In this document: positions 27,223 through 32,000 of the stretch, one piece after another
How positions within the stretch are numbered: position 1 is the stretch's first letter
Layout: each line of letters opens with the position of its first letter
NCBI RefSeq assembly: GCF_002310835.1
Contig: NZ_CP011041.1
Span: 2,310,001 to 2,342,000 of the forward strand
Length of the DNA stretch: 32,000 nucleotides
Direction: 5' to 3'
Origin: Pseudoalteromonas tetraodonis
GTDB taxonomy: Bacteria; Pseudomonadota; Gammaproteobacteria; Enterobacterales; Alteromonadaceae
Made by a program: the position numbers and the translations under genes
Notes under the pieces: model-generated
What the model was told of the DNA's origin: nothing
The model's database searches: none
The model's input: the letters and a program-made list of their open reading frames with translations, nothing else

Positions 27223-27299
27223 TGGGGTGACTGATGGGGCTCGAACCCACGACAACCGGAATCACAATCCGGGGCTCTACCAACTGAGCTACAATCACC
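27223..27299 (-). tRNA. tRNA-His (anticodon GUG)
   Basis: The reverse complement is G(-1)GTGATTG TA GCTCAGTTGGTAGAGC CCCGGATTGTGATTCCGG TTGTC GTGGGTTCGAGCCCCAT CAGTCACC CCA. It has the His-specific extra G-1 paired to C73 and the anticodon GTG. Confidence 0.95.
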
Positions 27300-27322
27300 A
27301 CGGCATTACAGTGTTTTCAAAA

Positions 27323-27399
<77 letters not shown>

Positions 27400-27455
27400 A
27401 TCGAAAACTTCATAGTTCACTAGTAAGTTAAATTGTTATGAATAAACATAAAAAA

Positions 27456-27532
27456 TGGTCGGCGATGCAGGATTTGAACCTGCGACCCCTTGGACCCAAA
27501 CCAAGTGCGCTACCAAACTGCGCTAATCGCCG
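27456..27532 (-). tRNA. tRNA-Pro (anticodon UGG), copy 3 (first gene of the operon)
   Basis: The 77 nt are identical to copies 1 and 2. Confidence 0.95.
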
Positions 27533-27576
27533 ATACTTACTATTGTCTGCGAGTGTCCTCGTTGACAACGGGGTGC

Positions 27577-27605
27577 ATAATAGTGATTTGACTGGGTTAG
27601 GTCAA
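27577..27605 (-). promoter_or_regulatory. Sigma70 promoter of the tRNA operon (stable-RNA type)
   Basis: The minus strand reads aaaaaaacgt-TTGACC-(17 nt)-TATTAT-gcaccccg. The -35 and -10 are near consensus with optimal 17-bp spacing. An A-rich UP-like element lies upstream, and a GC-rich discriminator is typical of stringently controlled tRNA/rRNA promoters. The tRNA 5' end lies about 38 nt downstream of the predicted TSS. Confidence 0.75.
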
Positions 27606-27879
27606 ACGTTTTTTTAAGAAAACAAATCAATTGCTCATTTTTAGTTCATAATGGTCAAATATTACGATACAGGGATAAAATTTAAACTCTTTTTTATAAT
27701 TCGAGCGCTTATACTTTAAAAGCAACTTGGCGCTTAACCGCTTTTCTGCGAAAATAGTCGCCATATTAAAAAATGAGTAAGATAAAGGTGTTTTCTTTAT
27801 CGGCATTTTAACCCCTATATATGCATTCGTTTTTTAAATGTATCGGTATCAAGTTAATTAACCTAATTAAAGGTCACCC

Positions 27880-28734
27880 ATGACGGCAAACATCATTGAT
27901 GGTAAAGCAGTAGCAAAACAAGTACGTAGCGCAGTGGCTGAACGAGTTTCAGAACGTGTTGCACAAAACCTTAGAGCCCCAGGATTAGCTGTGGTACTTG
28001 TTGGACAAGATCCAGCAAGCCAAGTTTACGTTGGTTCAAAACGTAAAGCCTGTGAAGAGGTTGGTTTTATTTCTAAGTCATTCGACTTACCAGCAGACAC
28101 CACAGAGCAAGCGCTATTAGCATTAATTGATGAGTTGAATGTTGATGGTGAAATTGATGGTATTTTAGTGCAGCTCCCTTTACCAGAGGGCTTAGATGCA
28201 GAAAAAATTCTTGAGCGTATTACTCCACACAAAGACGTTGATGGTTTTCACCCTTATAATATTGGCCGATTAGCACAGCGTATGCCTGCTCTTCGTCCAT
28301 GTACACCTAAGGGTATTATTACTTTACTAGATTCAACCGGCGTACGTTACAAAGGCATGCATGCTGTGGTTGTTGGTGCCTCTAATATTGTGGGTCGACC
28401 TATGTCACTTGAGCTGTTACTCGCCGGATGTACCACCACTGTTTGCCATAAGTTTACCCAAGATTTAGAAACGCATGTACGCCGTGCTGACTTACTGGTT
28501 GTAGCAGTGGGTAAACCTGAATTTATTCCTGGCGATTGGATAAAAGACGGCGCGATTGTTATTGATGTAGGTATTAACCGTTTAGACAACGGTAAATTAG
28601 TGGGTGATGTAGAGTACGCCGTCGCAGAGCAAAAAGCTGACTTTATTACCCCTGTACCAGGCGGTGTGGGCCCAATGACGGTTGCCAGCTTAATTGAAAA
28701 TACGCTAGAAGCGTGTGAAAAATATCACAGCTAA
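27880..28734 (+). CDS. folD: Bifunctional 5,10-methylenetetrahydrofolate dehydrogenase / methenyltetrahydrofolate cyclohydrolase
   Basis: 284 aa with FolD motifs: [73 protein letters not shown] and [13 protein letters not shown]. Confidence 0.97.
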   Translation: MTANIIDGKAVAKQVRSAVAERVSERVAQNLRAPGLAVVLVGQDPASQVYVGSKRKACEEVGFISKSFDLPADTTEQALLALIDELNVDGEIDGILVQLPLPEGLDAEKILERITPHKDVDGFHPYNIGRLAQRMPALRPCTPKGIITLLDSTGVRYKGMHAVVVGASNIVGRPMSLELLLAGCTTTVCHKFTQDLETHVRRADLLVVAVGKPEFIPGDWIKDGAIVIDVGINRLDNGKLVGDVEYAVAEQKADFITPVPGGVGPMTVASLIENTLEACEKYHS

Positions 28735-28756
28735 TAAACAAAAAATAAAGTAATGA

Positions 28757-28783
28757 AGAGCCCGCTTAATTGCGGGCTTTTTG
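28757..28783. terminator. Bidirectional terminator shared by folD and the convergent EamA gene
   Basis: agcccgc (28759-28765) / gcgggct (28772-28778) with loop ttaatt, then TTTTT on the plus strand. A T-rich run follows on the minus strand. The EamA stop codon (28766-28768) sits in the loop, and its last four codons form the right arm. Confidence 0.8.
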
Positions 28784-29662
28784 TATCATCATTCTTCGTT
28801 TTATTAAGTCCAAGCCTTGTGGCAATACCGAAAATACGATCATTAATAACATAATCGCGTACTGCCAACTTTCATATTGTTCGTTAATCAATAACCCTGC
28901 ACATAAAATGCCGGCAATTGGGTTAGCTATAGTGCCAAAAGTAAATTCAACCACTGTCATTCGCCCTAATAACCAAACATACAAAATATAGGCTAAAGCA
29001 GTGTTAGGCACCACCAGCCAAAATAGCGCCAGCCATTGGGTTGTATTTATTGATGCAGTTAAAAATTGATACTGCTGGGGAGCAAAATAAAAAGCCTGTA
29101 TTGCAGCAGCAATCGCTAGCAAACTGCCACCAATGATTAATTGCCACGTTAATACTGTCCACCAGTGCACTTTAGCGGTCACTTTTTTTACCAGCGTACT
29201 GCCTATAACAATAGTCAATAGCGCCCCTATCAGTGCCACTACTCCCAATAAATTAAGTGCAATATGTTGTGGGTCAAATAAGCGCCATGCTAAAACTAAT
29301 AAAGCAAGGGCACAAAATCCTTGCACTAACGCTGGCTGTTGCCGTTTAACAAGCCAGGCATACAATAATGCCACTACCGGTACAGACACCATACCGACAC
29401 CTGCAATCGCAGCAGGTAAATTAATCGCCATTACAAAAATAAAACTAAAAAACAACGCAATATTGATTGCGCCTATTAGAAAAATGCCTGGCCACTGTTT
29501 AGCCGTTGGCCAAGAAGGTTTAAATAACAACAATAATAAACCAGCAGGGAGTGCACGTATGGCTCCTAGCAAGATTGGCGGCCACTCTGGGGTTGCGTAT
29601 TTAGTTACCGCATAAGTCGTTCCCCATAAAAAAGCTGGGATCATGGCAAGTAAAATATTCAT
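28766..29662 (-). CDS. EamA/DMT-superfamily (drug/metabolite) transporter
   Basis: 298 aa, about 10 predicted TM helices in two similar halves, which is typical EamA-domain architecture. The substrate is unknown. Confidence 0.8.
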   Translation of the reverse strand: MNILLAMIPAFLWGTTYAVTKYATPEWPPILLGAIRALPAGLLLLLFKPSWPTAKQWPGIFLIGAINIALFFSFIFVMAINLPAAIAGVGMVSVPVVALLYAWLVKRQQPALVQGFCALALLVLAWRLFDPQHIALNLLGVVALIGALLTIVIGSTLVKKVTAKVHWWTVLTWQLIIGGSLLAIAAAIQAFYFAPQQYQFLTASINTTQWLALFWLVVPNTALAYILYVWLLGRMTVVEFTFGTIANPIAGILCAGLLINEQYESWQYAIMLLMIVFSVLPQGLDLIKRRMMIQKARN

Positions 29663-29700
29663 TAATTTTCCATTTTTAAATTGATGAATGCGAGTTTAAA

Positions 29701-29720
29701 ACCTCAACTATAATTGAGGT
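29701..29720. promoter_or_regulatory. Perfect 7-6-7 inverted repeat upstream of the EamA transporter gene (possible operator)
   Basis: ACCTCAA-ctataa-TTGAGGT lies 39-58 nt upstream of the EamA ATG. On the minus strand its centre reads TATAGT (-10-like). Confidence 0.35.
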
Positions 29721-29774
29721 CAACAATATCAATTTTATTAAAAGCATAATCAATCTAATGCAATTGATATAACC

Positions 29775-29807
29775 AAAAAAGGGTTACCCTATGGCAACCC
29801 TTTTTTT
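29775..29807. terminator. Intrinsic terminator after cysS (A6/T7-flanked hairpin)
   Basis: In aaaaaaGGGTTaCCctatGGcAACCCttttttt, the stem has a U-tract on either strand. It lies 44 nt downstream of the cysS stop. Confidence 0.75.
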
Positions 29808-29850
29808 GTGTTCAGCGCGTTATGGCTAAATCCGCAAAGCTCAACAAACC

Positions 29851-31230
29851 CTAAGCTTTACGCCACGTTGTTTTTCCCGCTGAATCTTCAAGTACTACAC
29901 CTAACGCATTTAGAGCATCGCGAGCTTCATCTGCTGCAGCCCAATTTTTACTGGCACGTGCGTCATTACGTTTTACAATCAGTGCCTCAATTTCAGCCAC
30001 TTCATCGTCGTTTTGACCGCCTTGTAAAAATGCCTCTGGTGCTTGTTGAGCAATACCAAGTATTTCACCTAAGCTACGTAGAATAAAGGCTAAATGTCCT
30101 GCTTTTTCGCTATCACTGTCTTTTACACGATTTAGCTCTTTAGCAACTTCAAACACAACCGGTAATGCTTCTGGCGAATTAAAGTCATCATTCATGGCTT
30201 TTCTAAACTTAGCCACATACTCATTACCCTCAAGCTCACATTCAACTGGCTCAACGCCACGTAATGCGGTGTAAATACGCTCAAGAGACGAACGTGCTTG
30301 GTCTAAGTTTTCTTGAGAGTAATTGAGCTGACTGCGGTAATGACCTGATATTAAAAAGTAACGAACCGACTCTGCGTCATATTGTTTTAATACCTCACGA
30401 ACGGTAAAAAAGTTATCTAACGATTTAGACATCTTCTCTTTGTTCACTTGTACCATACCGGTGTGGATCCAAGTATTTACATACTGGCCATTATTTGCAC
30501 AGCACGATTGCGCGATTTCGTTTTCGTGGTGCGGGAACTGTAGGTCTGAACCACCACCATGAATATCAAAATGCTCACCTAAATGCTTAGAGCTCATTGC
30601 TGAACATTCTATGTGCCAACCAGGGCGACCCTCACCCCAAGGTGATGACCACGACGGCTCCCCTGCTTTGGCTTTTTTCCATAAAACAAAATCAAGAGGA
30701 TCGTCTTTATCTTGAGCTACTTCAACACGCGAACCTGATTGCAACATGGTTAAATCTTGTTGCGAAAGAGCTCCGTATTGCTCAAAGGTAGAAACATCAA
30801 ATAAAACGTCGCCATCGGCTGCAACATAAGCGTGGCCTTTGGCAATCAAACGCTCAACCATAGCAATAATTTCATCCATGTGGCCGGTTACGGTTGGCTC
30901 TATATCAGGACGTAGCATATTTAAACTGTCAAAGTCTTCATGCATGGCTTTAGTCATACGCACGGTTAAGTCGTTAATCGCCTCACCGTTTTCATTTGCG
31001 CGCTTGATAATTTTATCATCAACATCGGTAATATTACGTACATACTTTAAATCGTAACCTAAGTGGCGAAGGTAGCGAACAATTACATCAAAACCCACAA
31101 ATGTGCGTGCATGGCCAATGTGACAGTAATCATAAATGGTGATACCACACACATACATGTCGATTTTTCCATCGACCATAGGTTTAAACTCTTCTTTTTG
31201 GCGTGTCAGTGTGTTGTATATTTGTACCAT
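29851..31230 (-). CDS. cysS: Cysteine--tRNA ligase
   Basis: 459 aa with the class-I motifs HIGH (CHIGHARTF) and KMSKS ([11 protein letters not shown]). Confidence 0.97.
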   Translation of the reverse strand: MVQIYNTLTRQKEEFKPMVDGKIDMYVCGITIYDYCHIGHARTFVGFDVIVRYLRHLGYDLKYVRNITDVDDKIIKRANENGEAINDLTVRMTKAMHEDFDSLNMLRPDIEPTVTGHMDEIIAMVERLIAKGHAYVAADGDVLFDVSTFEQYGALSQQDLTMLQSGSRVEVAQDKDDPLDFVLWKKAKAGEPSWSSPWGEGRPGWHIECSAMSSKHLGEHFDIHGGGSDLQFPHHENEIAQSCCANNGQYVNTWIHTGMVQVNKEKMSKSLDNFFTVREVLKQYDAESVRYFLISGHYRSQLNYSQENLDQARSSLERIYTALRGVEPVECELEGNEYVAKFRKAMNDDFNSPEALPVVFEVAKELNRVKDSDSEKAGHLAFILRSLGEILGIAQQAPEAFLQGGQNDDEVAEIEALIVKRNDARASKNWAAADEARDALNALGVVLEDSAGKTTWRKA

Positions 31231-31374
31231 TTAGTTGCTTTCCTTCACGATTAACAGAAAAGCTATGTTACCACTTGCTAAGCATGGGCTCTAGCGGTTT
31301 ATCAAAGCTCTTTGTTAATCTGGGTCAACTACGATAAAATAGCGTCAATATTCAAACCAGCTATAGGAAATCTC

Positions 31375-31866
31375 ATGGTTGTTCTACACACAAATTTTGG
31401 TGATATCACCATTAAAATGCACGAAAGCGAAGCTCCAAATACAGTAAAAAACTTTTTAGAGTATGCAAACTCAGGTTTTTATAACGGCACTATTTTTCAT
31501 CGTGTAATTGATGGTTTTATGGTTCAAGGCGGTGGTTTTGCACCGGGTATGGAACAAAAAGAAGTAAACGACCCAATTGAAAATGAAGCGAACAACGGCC
31601 TATCTAACAAAGTAGGTACATTAGCAATGGCACGCACGCCTGATCCACACTCGGCTACAGCGCAATTTTTCATTAACGTGAATAACAACGACTTTTTAAA
31701 CCACAGCAGTGAAACATCACAGGGCTGGGGTTACTGTGTGTTTGCTGAAGTAGTAGAAGGCATGGACGTAGTAAATAAAATCAAAGGTGTTGCTACAGGC
31801 AGCAATGGCTTCCACCAAGATGTACCACTTGAAGATGTGGTAATTGAAAGTGTAACTGTCAGCTAA
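31375..31866 (+). CDS. ppiB: Peptidyl-prolyl cis-trans isomerase B (cyclophilin type)
   Basis: 163 aa from ATG 31375 (AGGAA SD). It is collinear with E. coli PpiB ([15 protein letters not shown]..., [60 protein letters not shown]). The upstream TTG start in the ORF track adds 21 residues that are unlikely to be real. Confidence 0.95.
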   Translation: MVVLHTNFGDITIKMHESEAPNTVKNFLEYANSGFYNGTIFHRVIDGFMVQGGGFAPGMEQKEVNDPIENEANNGLSNKVGTLAMARTPDPHSATAQFFINVNNNDFLNHSSETSQGWGYCVFAEVVEGMDVVNKIKGVATGSNGFHQDVPLEDVVIESVTVS

Positions 31867-31895
31867 GACCGCATTATTCTTCAAAGAATACATAA

Positions 31896-31916
31896 AGCGG
31901 GTATTCACCCGCTTTT
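31896..31916 (+). terminator. Intrinsic terminator (or attenuator) between ppiB and lpxH
   Basis: agcgggt (31896-31902) / acccgct (31907-31913) with loop attc, then TTTT. Confidence 0.65.
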
Positions 31917-31933
31917 ATCTAAATGGAATCACC

Positions 31934-32000
31934 ATGACTCGCCAAACCTACTTTATCGCCGATTTACATTTGAGTGAAAATCGCCCTGATATTACAGCGG
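31934..32000 (+). CDS. lpxH: UDP-2,3-diacylglucosamine diphosphatase LpxH, N-terminal fragment (continues beyond the window)
   Basis: ATG at 31934 gives MTRQTYFIADLHLSENRPDITA. The FIADLHL metallophosphoesterase motif and the position downstream of ppiB match E. coli lpxH. Confidence 0.75.
   Translation, partial: MTRQTYFIADLHLSENRPDITA

Noticed and set aside
27095-27301. 68-aa ORF on the minus strand in the ORF track
   Set aside because: It lies entirely over tRNA-Pro copy 2 and tRNA-His and is translated from tRNA sequence. This is a classic artefact.

Overview
This window reads as a conserved core-chromosome segment of an AT-rich gammaproteobacterium. The protein sequences and gene order give an Alteromonadales/Pseudoalteromonas-like impression, but no search was run. 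Almost all of it is tightly packed housekeeping and stress genes, with synteny blocks familiar from E. coli.

Gene order:
- glnD (3' fragment), dapD, an orphan secreted TPR protein, and a BetT-like BCCT transporter.
- On the minus strand: phhB, phhA, and methionine gamma-lyase.
- On the minus strand: ycjF, ycjX, pspC, pspB, pspA. These diverge from pspF-sapABCDF on the plus strand.
- On the minus strand: ppiD, hupB, lon, clpX, clpP, tig.
- A five-gene tRNA operon on the minus strand, transcribed Pro-Arg-His-Pro-Pro.
- folD, an EamA/DMT transporter (minus), cysS (minus), ppiB, and lpxH (5' fragment).

Regulatory signals readable by eye:
- A sigma54 -24/-12 promoter for pspA.
- A sigma32 promoter for lon.
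- A strong sigma70 tRNA promoter with a GC-rich discriminator.
- Two TyrR/PhhR-type boxes upstream of phhA.
- Many intrinsic terminators, several of them bidirectional between convergent genes.

I see no CRISPR array, integrase, transposase, phage gene, toxin-antitoxin pair or recognisable defence gene, and I cannot honestly point to a wholly new system. The most system-like unit is the bidirectional envelope-stress module at 7627-18026. It joins pspABC to ycjXF, and pspF to sapABCDF, and it runs from a single 186-bp control region. It includes the functionally unresolved YcjX (P-loop NTPase) and YcjF (membrane protein) pair. The remaining findings are small non-coding structures and repeats, plus an orphan TPR protein. 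All are modest, and they are scored accordingly.
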